Assembly (NCBI GenBank): GCA_963703955.1
Contig: CAVPGK010000021.1
Coordinates: 64,001 to 128,000, forward strand
Source: Nitrospirota bacterium
Lineage (GTDB): Bacteria; Nitrospirota; Nitrospiria; Nitrospirales; Nitrospiraceae
Direction: 5' to 3'
Length of the DNA: 64,000 nucleotides
Under the pieces are notes generated by a model. That model worked only from the letters and a program-made list of their open reading frames with translations. It was not told the origin of the DNA and ran no database searches. The first letter of the stretch is position 1. Each line of letters starts with the position of its first letter. The position numbers and the translations under genes were made by a program. Shown here in pieces: positions 1-11,310 of the stretch.

Positions 1-1277
1 TCTTTCCAGTCACCGACCGTGCGGGTTTGGCGCGACAACATCCATTCGGCCCCTTTGACCAGCGCCGGATGATCCTCCGGAAGACCCGTCTCAATCATGG
101 CGTTGATCAGCAACGCGGTATCCCAGATGGGGGAGAAGCATGGCTGCAAGTGGAGCGTCTCGACTCGCCCATGGGCGGTGTTCATGGCCTCGTGGACTTC
201 GAGTTCTTCGAGTTCCCGCAGGCCCTTGACCACCAACGGATGATCGACACCATACCCCAAGCATCGTAGCGCAAGAATGGAGTTGGCCATGGCCGGGTAG
301 ATGGCGCCGAGGCCGCCGTTGCCCTTAAGATGATCCAACATCCAATCCGCAGCTCTCTGCAGGGCGGCGGCCCGCAGGGAGCGAAGCGGGATACGATCGT
401 AGAGCTTCAATGCCGAGTCCAGGGTAATGAACAGATTGCGCCAGGTGAAGAACGCCGCATCTTTTCTTAAGGGCAACTCCTGGGAATAGCGCACCTGATG
501 GCGGGGTGTGACAAACAGCTCATCGATCCCCTGCTCTTTCGGAATACGGAAGACTGGCCGGTGGGCAAAGACGATCAGCAGCGGAATGAGAACGGCCCTC
601 GTCCAGTAGGAGACGGCATAGATGCTGAAATAAAAGCGCTTGGGCAACAGCATGATCTCGGGCGGCATGCTGGGAATGCCTTGCCAATCGTATTGGTCGA
701 ACAGAGCCAACACAACCTTGGTGAACACATTGGCCGACACCACCCCGCCCTTGGCGAGAATGGCTTCTTTCGCTCGGATCATGAACGGTTCATCCGGCGA
801 GACTCCCGCCAGCTTGAGCGCAAAATATGCCTTCACCGACGCGCTGATCTCACAGGGACCCCCATGGTAAATCGGCCAACCGCCATCAGCGAGCTGGATC
901 GCCTGCAGATAACGGACCGTCTTCCGTTCCCGTTCAGGATCGACGAGTCCCAAAAATCGTCGGAGCATCAGATACTCGGAGGTCAACGTGGAATCTGCCT
1001 CGAGTTCAGCGACCCAGAAACCCTGCTCCGGATCTTGCCGCTGCAATAGCCATGTCTTGCTCCGACGGATTGCCTCGTCGATCGATTCCGAATGACCGAC
1101 CGATGCACCGACAGCCCGGCGGGTCGAGGGATCGGCTGTGGGGATCGGATGAGGGTTGTGCGACACCAAGCGAAGCGCCGGAGAAGAACGAAGGCGGACT
1201 CCGACCTTGAGCCGATTCGGCACAGAGGCAAGCAGGCTATCAGACAAACGGGTAATCAGACTCCTAATGAGCTTCAT
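1..1277 (-). CDS. shc: Squalene-hopene cyclase, 5' part; runs off the window edge and is absent from the ORF track
   Basis: Manual translation from ATG 1277: MKLIRSL...WLLQRQDPEQGFWVAELEADSTLTSEYLML...LHLQPCFSPIWDTA...VGDWK, typical SHC motifs. Confidence 0.93.
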   Translation of the reverse strand, partial: MKLIRSLITRLSDSLLASVPNRLKVGVRLRSSPALRLVSHNPHPIPTADPSTRRAVGASVGHSESIDEAIRRSKTWLLQRQDPEQGFWVAELEADSTLTSEYLMLRRFLGLVDPERERKTVRYLQAIQLADGGWPIYHGGPCEISASVKAYFALKLAGVSPDEPFMIRAKEAILAKGGVVSANVFTKVVLALFDQYDWQGIPSMPPEIMLLPKRFYFSIYAVSYWTRAVLIPLLIVFAHRPVFRIPKEQGIDELFVTPRHQVRYSQELPLRKDAAFFTWRNLFITLDSALKLYDRIPLRSLRAAALQRAADWMLDHLKGNGGLGAIYPAMANSILALRCLGYGVDHPLVVKGLRELEELEVHEAMNTAHGRVETLHLQPCFSPIWDTALLINAMIETGLPEDHPALVKGAEWMLSRQTRTVGDWK

Positions 1278-1385
1278 GCCACCTTGTACAAAGCTGGAAA
1301 CGAGAAAGAGAACCTAGGAAGGGAGGACCCACCTTCCACCGCACGCCCGCGACAGCCAGGGCAAAAAGCATTTTGACAACAGGGG

Positions 1386-1414
1386 TTTATAGCAAAGCGT
1401 GGCAGGGCTGTCAA
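1386..1414 (-). promoter_or_regulatory. Sigma70-type promoter for shc
   Basis: Minus strand reads TTGACA-N17-TATAAA with TG at the extended -10 position, about 110 bp upstream of the shc start. Confidence 0.6.
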
Positions 1415-1633
1415 GCAAAAGGTAGGGGGGCGGAGGGAGTACCTAGGGTCAACTCCGAACTCGCGCACCGCGCACGTTTTCCGCCCAAGCGCGCCAAGAC
1501 GCACTCCCTCCCGGGACTGCGCACGGTGAACGCGCAGGAGAGTCGCCCCAAGCATTCCCCGAAAAAGGTGGCGCAAGAAGGTTTAGCGCCCGAGCTGAGA
1601 ACCGCGAACGCGCTTGTCACCTCAAAATAAACG

Positions 1634-4600
1634 TCAAGCGGGTTGGAGGTCCGCGAGCCGCACCGAGACCAGCTTGGAGATACCCGGCTCTTCCATTGTG
1701 ACGCCGAACAGAGAATCAGCAAGGGCCATCGTCTGCTTGTTATGCGTAATCACGACGAATTGAGCGCCATCGGACAGGTCGCGCAACACACCGGTGAATC
1801 GTCCGATGTTTTCCTCATCCAGAGGGGCGTCGATCTCATCGAGAATGCAAAAAGGCGTCGGCCGGATAAGAAAACTGGCGAAAATCAGCGCCATGGCGGT
1901 CAGCGTCTTCTCTCCACCTGATAACATGGCGATACTCTTAAGACGCTTGCCAGGCGGTTGCGCAGCGATATCCACCCCGGGTTCCTCCGAACCAGGTCCC
2001 GAATCGAGGTCCGGCTGCGGTTCCGTCAATACCAGCTCGGCGCGGCCTCCGGGGAAGAATCGACCGAACACCTCCCCAAACTTTTCTTGTAACTCATCGA
2101 ACGTCTCGCGGAACAACTCCTTGGTTGTCCTGTTGATGCGGCTGATGATTTCTTTCAATGAGCTCACCGATCGAGAGAGGTCTTCTTCCTGCGTGGTGAG
2201 GAATCGGTGGCGCTCTTCCAGTTCCCGATGCTCTTCGATCGCAGCCAAATTGATCGGCCCCAGCCGTTCGAGTCGGTCGCGAATCTTCTGAAGTTGATTC
2301 CTTAGCACGATCGAAGAGTCTTCCGCGGGTTCGAGGCCCACTCCGCCTGATTCGGCACGCGCCTCGACAGGTTCCTGAGCCAGGGCCGCTTCGATCGTGA
2401 GCTGATAGGTCCCGGACAAGGTGCTCTCCCGGACCGATAGCTGGGTGGTGACCTCTGCTCGTCGCACTTCGACCGAGGTGCGCGCTCCTCGGTTCGAGTT
2501 CAATGCCGCGCGCACGGCGGCAAGCTTCTCTTCCAATTCCCGCGACGCGTCTAGATGCCGGTTGTATTGTTGCTCGGCCGATACCAGTTCTGTCCGTGTC
2601 ACGCCAGCACGCTGATCCAGGTTACGGACGAGGGCAACGTTCCGGTCACGCTCCACGCAATTCTGTTGGATCGACAGGTCCAACGCGCGAAGCTGCTCTC
2701 TTAGCTCATTCGCCCGACCATCGCGTTCTTCCTGTTCTCGTTGCAGACGGGTCCAATCCGCTTGGCCGTGCTCCAGCCTCGCACGCACGGATGCGAGGGA
2801 CATCCGTGATTCGGTCAGCCTGTGCTGCAGGCCCAGGCTCTCCTCTTCCATCGTCTTCAGCTCGGTCTGTAGTTGGGTGAGACCGCTCTCACGAAGCGTT
2901 TTTTCCTCAACCAGGCGCGCGACTTGATTGCCAACGGTTTGGAGTTCCTCTTGGATACGGATCCGTTCTTGCTCATCCACCTGGCGTTCGGTTCGAATCG
3001 TTTCGAGACGGCGAGCCAGATCCTCCATACTGTCCCTGAATGCCGCTTCATCCTTCGTCAAGGCCAGCCCGCGCATTTCTGCGTCACGGATCACTTCTTC
3101 GAGACGTTGCACCTTGGTGCGAATCGATTCGCACTGGACCGACAACCGTGCGCGATCCTGCCGGTTATCTTCCAATGTTCGCGACAAGACGCCGCGTTCT
3201 TCTTCCAGCCGCTGAATTTCCCGCCGGCGCAGCAGCAGACCTCCCGCGGTGCCAGCGGTTCCGCCGGTGATCACGCCCGCCGCGTCCATCACTTCGCCGT
3301 CGATGGTCACCAGCGTTGGGCCGTCGGGGGCCGACCACAACCCGCGCTCCCATTGCTCCACCGCCACCTCCAACGAGCTGACGATCACCACCCTCTCGAA
3401 CAAGGATGCCAGAACCTCTTGCGCCTCTGCTCCTGCCTGGACGAGGTCGATGGCACGCCCCCGTACTCCCGGCTTTCCCTGAAGCAACGGCCACCAGGCA
3501 TTCGATGGCCCCTTCGACGTCTCTTCCGCGTACCGCGGATGCATAGGCACGAATGCGCCTCGCCCCAGCCCCTTCTGATTCAGGAATTCGACCGCCCGGC
3601 GCGCCTGCATCGGAGTCTCCACTAACCATGCGCGCATACGTTCGCCCAAAATGGCTTCGACTGCCCGTTCCAGTCCCGGTGGGACGACAAGCCATTCCGC
3701 CACGGAATCCCGCACGCCCTGACAAGCGGCTCGCAACGAAGTATCCTCTTCCTCTCCGACTCGGCCGTAACCCATTTCTTCGCGCAGCACACCCTGCAAG
3801 GTGCGCAACCGTGATTGCACCGCGGCGAGTTCCTCTTGCCGTCGCGCCACCGTTTGATCGACTGTGCGGACATCTTCGACCAATCGCTCGGCCTCCCCGA
3901 CGGCAACCGCCATCTGAGCACGCAGATCCTGGACCGCCCGTGCCTCTTCTTCCCGGCTGATGACCGTCCCTTGAAAGCGCTCGAGCGCCACGGCATGCAG
4001 CGCCTCGATTTCAGCCAATTCCGTTGTCAGTCGTTCGATACGCCGGAGAGATGCCTCGTCCTGGTTGGTGAGACTCGCCAGCGTATTTTCACCGCTGGTG
4101 GCTTGTATCGTGATGGTGATGATCTCTCCCCGAGCTCGCTCCTCCTCTTTCCCTGCTTTCGCCCGGCGTATCGTCAGAGCTTCCCCAGCGACCTCGATGT
4201 CCGCGCAGATTTGCGTGCTCGCTTGGACATCGGCTTCCTCGGCTGAGAGCCGAGCGCGAAGGGCCGCTATCGCGACTTCCGCTTGCTCGCGACCGACACT
4301 GAGACGAGCCACCTCCTGCGTGTGCCTGAGCCCGTTGCTGCTCGTACAGGGCTAACCGTCCCTTTTCGATTTCGGCAGCGGTCAGCGCTTGCGCTTGCTC
4401 ATGTTCGACACGGGCCAACTCTTCCCGGACCCGGCCGACCGACTCGCTCCCCTCCAAAATGAGCAGCTTCAGCGCCTCGAAGTCGCCGTCGAGTCGAGCC
4501 TGCTCCGCCATCAGACCCGCCTCCTGCGTATCCAGCTTGCCCAGTTCGGTTTCCACTACGGCCCGATTTTCGATCAACGCACGGCATTCGCGAACGAGCA

Positions 4601-5312
4601 ATCGGATCTCCACAGCTCTGGCTTCCTGTTGCAGGGTTTGATACGAGCGCGCCTGGCGGGCTTGGCGCTCCAGCGAATTCAGTTGCCGCTTAACCTCAGT
4701 GACGATGTCCCGCACGCGCAGGAGATTCTGGTGTGTCGCATCAAGTTTCCGAAGCGCTTCGGCTTTTTGCTTCTTGTATCGGACGATGCCTGCGGTCTCT
4801 TCGATCAGTTCTCGGCGATCCTGAGGAGAGGCGTTCAGGATCTGTTCGATCCGTCCTTGCTCGATAATCGTATGACCTTTGGTTCCCGCTCGACTATCCA
4901 GGAACAAACTACGAATATCCTTCAGGCGGCAGGGCGTCTTGTTGACGAGGTACTCGCTCTCGCCGTTCCGGTAGAGCCGTCGGGTGACCATCACTTCATG
5001 GTATTCACCGAGACCGTGCGGGAAGGATGCCAGTCCATTGAGTCTCTCTTCACCAACGCCACCCATGATCAACGAGACTTCAGCCATCCCTAATGGCTTG
5101 CGGGCTTCGGTTCCGTTAAAGATGACATCCTCCATCCGCTCACTGCGCAGCGTCTTGGCGCTCTGTTCACCAAGAACCCAGAGTATAGCGTCCACCACGT
5201 TGCTCTTTCCGGTGCCGTTCGGCCCCACCACCGCGGTCACGCCTTTTGGAAATTCGATCCTGGCTTCGGCGAATGACTTGAACCCTGTCAACTCCAAGCA
5301 TTTCAGATACAT
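1634..5312 (-). CDS. smc: Chromosome segregation protein SMC, split by one frameshift near 4320
   Basis: N-terminal [14 protein letters not shown], Walker [10 protein letters not shown], hinge region, C-terminal LSGGEK and [10 protein letters not shown]; ORFs 4089..5393 and 1634..4312 join with a 1-nt shift. Confidence 0.95.
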
Positions 5313-5476
5313 CCTGCCCCCTCTTGCTGGCTCTGGACCAGGCGCCGACCTGAAAATTTCGGCACTTCTACCACAGCTTTTCAACAAAAGCAAAAGAAAA
5401 CACCGTATCCGGTGGCATGTCAGAAGCTCTCCCCCCAGATATAGGAGGGGGACTAGGGAGAAGGGGATCGGCTTGC

Positions 5477-6424
5477 TTACGCCGTATTTTGGGAGGTCTT
5501 CACGGACACGAGTTCTTTCGGGAGTAAGAATTCAACGTCTTCATCAATGACGGTCAGCTCCTCGACATCATCGGCACCGTGGTCCTTGAGGTAGGCCACG
5601 ACTTCGGTCACCAGAACCTCAGGCGCGGATGCACCGGCCGTAATGCCGACGGCCCGGGCATGCTTGACCCATTTCGGATCTATATCCCGGGATGAGTCGA
5701 TGAGATAGGACGAAATTCCGCAATGCTCCGCCAACTCCCGAAGGCGATTGGAGTTCGAGCTGTTGGGTGAGCCGATGACCAGGATGACATCGACGAACTT
5801 GGCCAGTTCCTTGACGGCATTCTGTCGGTTCTGGGTTGCGTAACAGATATCTTCCTGGTGAGGTCCCTTGATGCCCGGAAACCGGCGGTTCAACGCGGCT
5901 ACGATATCGCGACATTCATCCACGCTCAAGGTCGTCTGCGTGACGTAGGAGAGGTGATGCGGGTTCTCAACCTTCAAGCTTTCGACGTCACTGACAGACG
6001 AGACGAGGTGGAACTTGTCGGGAAGCTGTCCCAACGTTCCAATGACCTCGGGGTGCCCCGCATGGCCGATGAGGATCAGCTCATACCCCTGGTTGTAATC
6101 CCGGTTCACTTCGTTGTGCACCTTGATCACGAGAGGACAGGTCGCATCGATGATCTTGAGATTTCGTCTGTTCCCTTCTTCCCAGACTTCCTTGGCCACT
6201 CCATGGGCGCTAAAAATCACGATAGCGCCATCCGGCACCTCACTGAGTTCTTCCACAAAGACGGCGCCTTTCTGACGCAACGAATTCACGACATGGCGGC
6301 TATGCACAATTTCATGCCGGACGTAGATAGGCGCCCCATAGGCTTTGAGCGACAGATCCACAATTTCAATCGCCCGATCCACGCCGGCACAGAACCCACG
6401 AGGCTTCGCCAGATAAATCTTCAT
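5477..6424 (-). CDS. ispH: 4-hydroxy-3-methylbut-2-enyl diphosphate reductase
   Basis: [35 protein letters not shown] and GITAGASAP motifs; start ATG at 6424. Confidence 0.97.
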   Translation of the reverse strand: MKIYLAKPRGFCAGVDRAIEIVDLSLKAYGAPIYVRHEIVHSRHVVNSLRQKGAVFVEELSEVPDGAIVIFSAHGVAKEVWEEGNRRNLKIIDATCPLVIKVHNEVNRDYNQGYELILIGHAGHPEVIGTLGQLPDKFHLVSSVSDVESLKVENPHHLSYVTQTTLSVDECRDIVAALNRRFPGIKGPHQEDICYATQNRQNAVKELAKFVDVILVIGSPNSSNSNRLRELAEHCGISSYLIDSSRDIDPKWVKHARAVGITAGASAPEVLVTEVVAYLKDHGADDVEELTVIDEDVEFLLPKELVSVKTSQNTA

Positions 6425-6719
6425 ACCTTCATTCCTCATTCCCTTATTTCTCAGGATCATTAAGCTTTTACCATACGTCAGACATCCGCCACGCGTCAAC
6501 TGAAATCAGGAATTCGCGTTGTTCCGATGCGAGACTGCCCGTATGACTAGCCTCATTCTCCCATTATCAAACTTCGTTCCAGCGAGCCCACTCTGCACGA
6601 GAAGGAGCGCGTCGTGCGTTGGGAGAGATGGGTGAAAACTTCCGCGCTGCGCAAGCAGTGCGTTCTCCTTTCACAATCACCTCACTTCCAGGTGTCAACG
6701 CGATACATGGATCAAATAT

Positions 6720-6818
6720 GACGGAGCGGCCGGGCGGCCTCTAACTGGGCGCGTCCAGCGAGCACTCTTCCGAGAGTGGGCGCTGCGCGAGCAATGGAGG
6801 CTGCCCGGTTGCTCCGTC
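6720..6818. repeat. REP-like long imperfect palindrome
   Basis: 22-bp terminal stem gacggagcggccgggcggcctc / gaggctgcccggttgctccgtc, fully paired using G-U; core resembles the reverse complement of 22234-22295. Confidence 0.6.
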
Positions 6819-6835
6819 TTCATTTCCTCTCTCGC

Positions 6836-6865
6836 TTGACACCCTCCCCCCCTTCTCATTACGCT
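6836..6865 (+). promoter_or_regulatory. Putative sigma70 promoter for the phoB-like gene, probably giving a leaderless mRNA
   Basis: TTGACA-N18-TACGCT; ATG lies 8 nt after the -10 box; no Shine-Dalgarno sequence. Confidence 0.45.
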
Positions 6866-6873
6866 GTCGCTCG

Positions 6874-7581
6874 ATGGGCGCACCCACCGGCAAGAAAATC
6901 CTGATCGTGGAGGATGAAAAAGACATCCTCAATCTCGTTAAATTGTATTTGGAGAAAGAAGGGTACCGGGTCAGCACCGCGTTCACCGGCCTCGACGGGC
7001 TCAAGCTGGTAAAGACCGAGCGTCCCGATCTGGTGATCCTGGATCTCATGCTCGCCGAGATGGATGGTCTGGAGGTGTGCAAGCGAATCCGAGGGGCACC
7101 CGAGATCGCCATGACCCCCATCATTATGCTCACCGCAAAGGCCGAGGAGTCCGATACCATCATTGGCTTGGAATTGGGGGCGGATGACTATGTGACCAAG
7201 CCGTTCAGCCCGAAGGCGCTGGTTGCGCGAGTCAAAGCGCTCTTCCGGAGATTGGAACGCACGAAAGAAGGCCCGACTCGCCTCGTGTATGGAACGATTA
7301 TTATGGATCTATCCCGCCATGAGGTGACCACCGACGGCAGTGACGTGCCGCTTACGGCAAAAGAGTTCGGCTTACTCGAGCACCTCCTGCGAAATGCGGG
7401 CCGGGTTCTGACCCGAGATACACTGTTGAGCTCCGTCTGGGGATACGATTACTACGGCACCACACGGACCGTAGACGTCCATATTCGTCGGCTGAAGCAA
7501 AAGCTCCCTCCGCTCAGCGACGCCATCGTGTCCATCAAGTCGCTTGGCTACAAGCTCAAGGATTGGCAGAGCCCCTCTTAG
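6874..7581 (+). CDS. phoB: OmpR/PhoB-family response regulator (PhoB/PhoP-like)
   Basis: Receiver domain (ILIVEDE, LDLML, KPFS) plus winged helix (TRTVDVHIRRL); next to a PhoR-like kinase and pit. Confidence 0.8.
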   Translation: MGAPTGKKILIVEDEKDILNLVKLYLEKEGYRVSTAFTGLDGLKLVKTERPDLVILDLMLAEMDGLEVCKRIRGAPEIAMTPIIMLTAKAEESDTIIGLELGADDYVTKPFSPKALVARVKALFRRLERTKEGPTRLVYGTIIMDLSRHEVTTDGSDVPLTAKEFGLLEHLLRNAGRVLTRDTLLSSVWGYDYYGTTRTVDVHIRRLKQKLPPLSDAIVSIKSLGYKLKDWQSPS

Positions 7582-7594
7582 CCGGGCTCGTCTC

Positions 7595-9451
7595 ATGAAT
7601 CTGCCGATTCGGTGGAAAATCACATTGAGCGCACTGCTGGCGGTGTTCCTAGGGCTCGCCGTCGCCGGGTGGGTCGCGCTCCGGTCGATTGAGCGGCTGG
7701 AGCTCGCCGGCTTGACTGAAACCCTCACAGCCCGGACGGCGCTCGCGGCGCTGTCGCTGCAGCCCGTTCTCCAGCGCTCGGAGCGCGCCGGTGAAAACCA
7801 CCCCGTCCAGTTCCAGATGATGACTCGCACCCTGAGCCGTCATGCGCTGGCCAGGGTCACCGTCATCGGACCGGATGGGACCGTGCTGGGTGACAGCGAG
7901 ACTGCGGACGACGCCATCGCTCGACTCGACAATCATCGGAGCCGCCCGGAAGTAGCCAAGGCCCTCTCGGGAGAACGCGGCACGGATATCCGGCTGAGCC
8001 GGACCATCGGGCAGCGGATGTTCTATTTGGCTATTCCGGTCATGGCAGCCGAAACTTCCCGTCCTTCCGGCGCTTCCAGCTCTCCCACCGGAACCCTCGC
8101 CGTGGTTCGGCTGGCGATCCCGATGGCCGCCGTCGAAACCAAGATTCATGATCTGCAAGTCAGCCTGGGCATCGCCTTCGGGGTAGCGCTGGCCGTCGCA
8201 GCGACCCTCAGCGTGCTGCTAGCCAGAGGATTGACGCGTCCTCTCTCAGACATGGCCGCCGTCGCCCGGCAACTTGCCGGCGGAGCCCTCGGCCAGCGCA
8301 TCTCGACGGGCTCGCACGATGAGGTCGGCGTACTGGGGACGACGCTGAATCAGATGGCGGAGCAACTGGAATCCACCATTCGTGAGGTCTCGGAGGATCG
8401 CGCGCAATTGCTCGCCGTCATGACGTCAATGGTGGAAGGCGTCATGGTGTTGGATTGTCGCGGCAGAGTCTTGCAAGTGAACCCGGCCTTCGAACGCATG
8501 TTCCTCCTGCGAGCGACCGAGACTCGAGGTCGTTTTCACTGGGAGGTCGTTCGCCACACCGAATTCAACGAGCTCATCAAGGAGGTCTTGGAGACCAGGC
8601 AAAACCACGGGGGCGAGATCACGTTGCAGCCGAGCGGGCGCATTCTGCGGGTAGAAGCCTCGGTCTCAGGCTGCCAGCGCGAGAACGAAGCCTGTGTCGT
8701 CCTGGTATTTCACGACGTCACCACGCTTCGCCGCCTGGAAAAGGTCCGAAAGGATTTTGTCGCGAATGTGTCTCACGAGCTGCGCACGCCGCTGACGTCC
8801 ATCAAGGGGTATGTGGAAGCGTTGGTCGACGGGGCGAGGAACAACCCGGAAGAATCCAGTCGCTTCTTGGACGTGATTCTCAAGCAGAGCGATCGGCTCA
8901 ATCTAATTCTTGAAGACCTCCTGCAGCTTTCGCAGATCGAGTCAGGCCAGGCCCTGTTTAAACGCGAACCCGTCCACTTGACCGTGGTCGTGGAGCGCAC
9001 CCTTGCGTTGATCAAGCCCTTGGCCGAAAAGAAAGGACACCAGATCAGCGTCGTGATTCTTCCCGATCTGCCGCCCGCGCTCGGTGATGAAGAACGGCTC
9101 GTGCAGGTGTTGACGAATCTTCTGGACAACGCCGTGAAATACACGCCGGAACGGGGCTCAATTCGGATCGAAGGCCGTCACGTAGCCGGCCACCACCCCG
9201 GATCGGTGGATCTCGTGGAGCTCAGTGTCTCCGACAATGGTCTGGGCATCCCTGAACCCGACAGACCACGCGTTTTTGAACGATTTTATCGGGTGGACAA
9301 AGCGCGCTCGCGGGAACTCGGTGGCACGGGCCTCGGCCTCGCAATCGTCAAGCATATTGTGGAAGGACATGAAGGCCAAATTTGGGCGGAAGGCAATCAA
9401 CCCACAGGAAGCCGCTTCGTGATGAGAATTCCGGCCGCGCGCTTGAGCTGA
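7595..9451 (+). CDS. phoR: PhoR-like sensor histidine kinase (2 TM, HAMP, PAS, HisKA, HATPase)
   Basis: DNHRSRPEV extracytoplasmic motif, [37 protein letters not shown]. Confidence 0.85.
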   Translation: MNLPIRWKITLSALLAVFLGLAVAGWVALRSIERLELAGLTETLTARTALAALSLQPVLQRSERAGENHPVQFQMMTRTLSRHALARVTVIGPDGTVLGDSETADDAIARLDNHRSRPEVAKALSGERGTDIRLSRTIGQRMFYLAIPVMAAETSRPSGASSSPTGTLAVVRLAIPMAAVETKIHDLQVSLGIAFGVALAVAATLSVLLARGLTRPLSDMAAVARQLAGGALGQRISTGSHDEVGVLGTTLNQMAEQLESTIREVSEDRAQLLAVMTSMVEGVMVLDCRGRVLQVNPAFERMFLLRATETRGRFHWEVVRHTEFNELIKEVLETRQNHGGEITLQPSGRILRVEASVSGCQRENEACVVLVFHDVTTLRRLEKVRKDFVANVSHELRTPLTSIKGYVEALVDGARNNPEESSRFLDVILKQSDRLNLILEDLLQLSQIESGQALFKREPVHLTVVVERTLALIKPLAEKKGHQISVVILPDLPPALGDEERLVQVLTNLLDNAVKYTPERGSIRIEGRHVAGHHPGSVDLVELSVSDNGLGIPEPDRPRVFERFYRVDKARSRELGGTGLGLAIVKHIVEGHEGQIWAEGNQPTGSRFVMRIPAARLS

Positions 9452-9508
9452 CGCGGCGGCCAGCGCCCAATCCCTCCCCCGGGGGCCGCAGCCAGCCAAA
9501 TGGGCCGC

Positions 9509-10504
9509 TTAAAAGAATCGAATAATCCCCTTATACAGAAGCACACTCAGCACAGCCGCGCCCGGAAGCGTGAAGATCCATGCGTAGAGGATTCTGGCGG
9601 TCACCCCCCACCGGACAGCTGACAGCCGCTTCACGACACCCACCCCCATGACGGAAGAGGTAATGGTATGGGTCGTGCTCACGGGCAAGCCGATATGCGC
9701 AGTCGCGAGCAACACCATCGCGGCGCCGGTCTCCGCCGCAAATCCATGGACCGGATCGAGTTTCATAATTCGCATGCCCAGTGTTCGGACGATCTTCCAC
9801 CCGCCCACGGCCGTTCCAAGTCCCATCGCCAGCGCGCACGCGACGATCACCCAGGTCGGCACTTCCGCGGTCCGGATCTGACCTCCCGAGAAGAGGGCCA
9901 GCGTGATGATACCCATGGCCTTTTGCGCGTCATTGGCGCCGTGGCTGAACGCCATGAACGCGGCCGACAGGAGCTGCAAGCGGCTGAACAGCCACGTTGC
10001 AAAGCTTCGCGCGGTCCGGAAGAACGCATGACTGATCAGGACCATGAGCAACAGCCCCATGAGGAACCCCAACAGCGGTGACAGGATCATCGCTTCCAGC
10101 ACAGACCGTAGCCCGCCAAATTTGACGACCGCCCACCCGCCGTGGGCCAATCCGGCCCCTACTAGACCGCCGATCAGCGCATGCGACGAGCTCGTCGGCA
10201 ATCCCAGCATGAGCGTAAACAAATTCCATACGATCGCGCCCCCCAAGGCGGAGGCCACCATCACCTGTGTGACCGCGGTGGGGTCCACGATCCCCCCACC
10301 CACCATCTTCGCGACGGCGGTCGACATGAAGGCCCCGGCTACATTCAACGAACCGGCCATCAACACCGCCGCCAGCGGGCTCAGGACGCGGGTGGAAACC
10401 ACCGTCGCAATCGCATTCGCGCTGTCGTGCCACCCGTTCGAAAAATCAAACAGGAGCGCCAACACCACGACAAGGAACAGCATTCCACCAAGATCGGGTA
10501 TCAT
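9509..10504 (-). CDS. pit: PiT-family inorganic phosphate transporter
   Basis: NGWHDSANAIAT, HGANDAQK and PVSTTH signatures. Confidence 0.95.
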   Translation of the reverse strand: MIPDLGGMLFLVVVLALLFDFSNGWHDSANAIATVVSTRVLSPLAAVLMAGSLNVAGAFMSTAVAKMVGGGIVDPTAVTQVMVASALGGAIVWNLFTLMLGLPTSSSHALIGGLVGAGLAHGGWAVVKFGGLRSVLEAMILSPLLGFLMGLLLMVLISHAFFRTARSFATWLFSRLQLLSAAFMAFSHGANDAQKAMGIITLALFSGGQIRTAEVPTWVIVACALAMGLGTAVGGWKIVRTLGMRIMKLDPVHGFAAETGAAMVLLATAHIGLPVSTTHTITSSVMGVGVVKRLSAVRWGVTARILYAWIFTLPGAAVLSVLLYKGIIRFF

Positions 10505-10666
10505 GCGGGCAGGCCGGACGCGTGAGGTACCGGGCGCGGGGTGTCAGGATGAACCGAGAACAAAACGTCACATGCGCGCGACAACATCGTGTCAACGACC
10601 TTTCGCTAGAGAGCATGCGCCAGCGCCTTCATGTGTTTTTGTGACGCGCCTCGCGCGTGACTTGAA

Positions 10667-11284
10667 TCAAATGTGCTTGAGCGCGATGCGTTCCAAAACA
10701 TTAGCCACATCTTCGCAGCGATCCGTGCCCTCTTCAAAATTCTCATAGATTTCTTTCCATTTAATGACGGCGATCGGGTCTTTCTCGTGTTCGAATAGGT
10801 CAGAAATGGCGTCCCGTGTGACCCGGTCCGCTTCATTTTCCAAGCTGTTGACCAGGACGCAACAAGCATTGATGTCGGCGTGGGGTTTCCCAAGCCGGTC
10901 GATACCGCCGCCGACCGCCACGGAGGATTGATAGAGAATCCCGGCCAACTTCATGGCCGGTTCAGTCGGTTTGGTTACTTTGAAAACGACAAACCGATCG
11001 GCGATGGCTTCGACAATATCGAGAATGTCGTCCATGGCGCTTGCCAGATCATGGATATCTTCACGATCCATGGGTGTGATGAATGTCTGGTTCAGTTTCC
11101 GGGCAATGTCGTGGGTAATCCCATCTCCGATGTGTTCGATGTCCTTGATGCGGCGGGCCTGCTCGACCGGATTCCGGAAATCTTCCATCATCTCCTTCAG
11201 AAGGCGGCTACCTTCGATCATGTTATGGGCTGCCTTCTGAAACATTTCAAGAAACGCCGTCTCTTTCGGAATCAAACCAAACAT
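10667..11284 (-). CDS. DUF47 / PhoU-like Pit accessory protein
   Basis: TFITPMDREDI, LENEAD and DRCEDVAN motifs; directly upstream of pit. Confidence 0.92.
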   Translation of the reverse strand: MFGLIPKETAFLEMFQKAAHNMIEGSRLLKEMMEDFRNPVEQARRIKDIEHIGDGITHDIARKLNQTFITPMDREDIHDLASAMDDILDIVEAIADRFVVFKVTKPTEPAMKLAGILYQSSVAVGGGIDRLGKPHADINACCVLVNSLENEADRVTRDAISDLFEHEKDPIAVIKWKEIYENFEEGTDRCEDVANVLERIALKHI

Positions 11285-11310
11285 ATCACCACCACCCTGT
11301 CACACCTCTC

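Noticed and set aside
4310..4330. Naturally split smc
   Set aside because: A single-base shift in the coiled coil restores a normal full-length SMC
6665..6690. Pho box upstream of the phoB-like gene (ctttcac-aatc-acctcac)
   Set aside because: Weak match, about 150 bp from the predicted promoter
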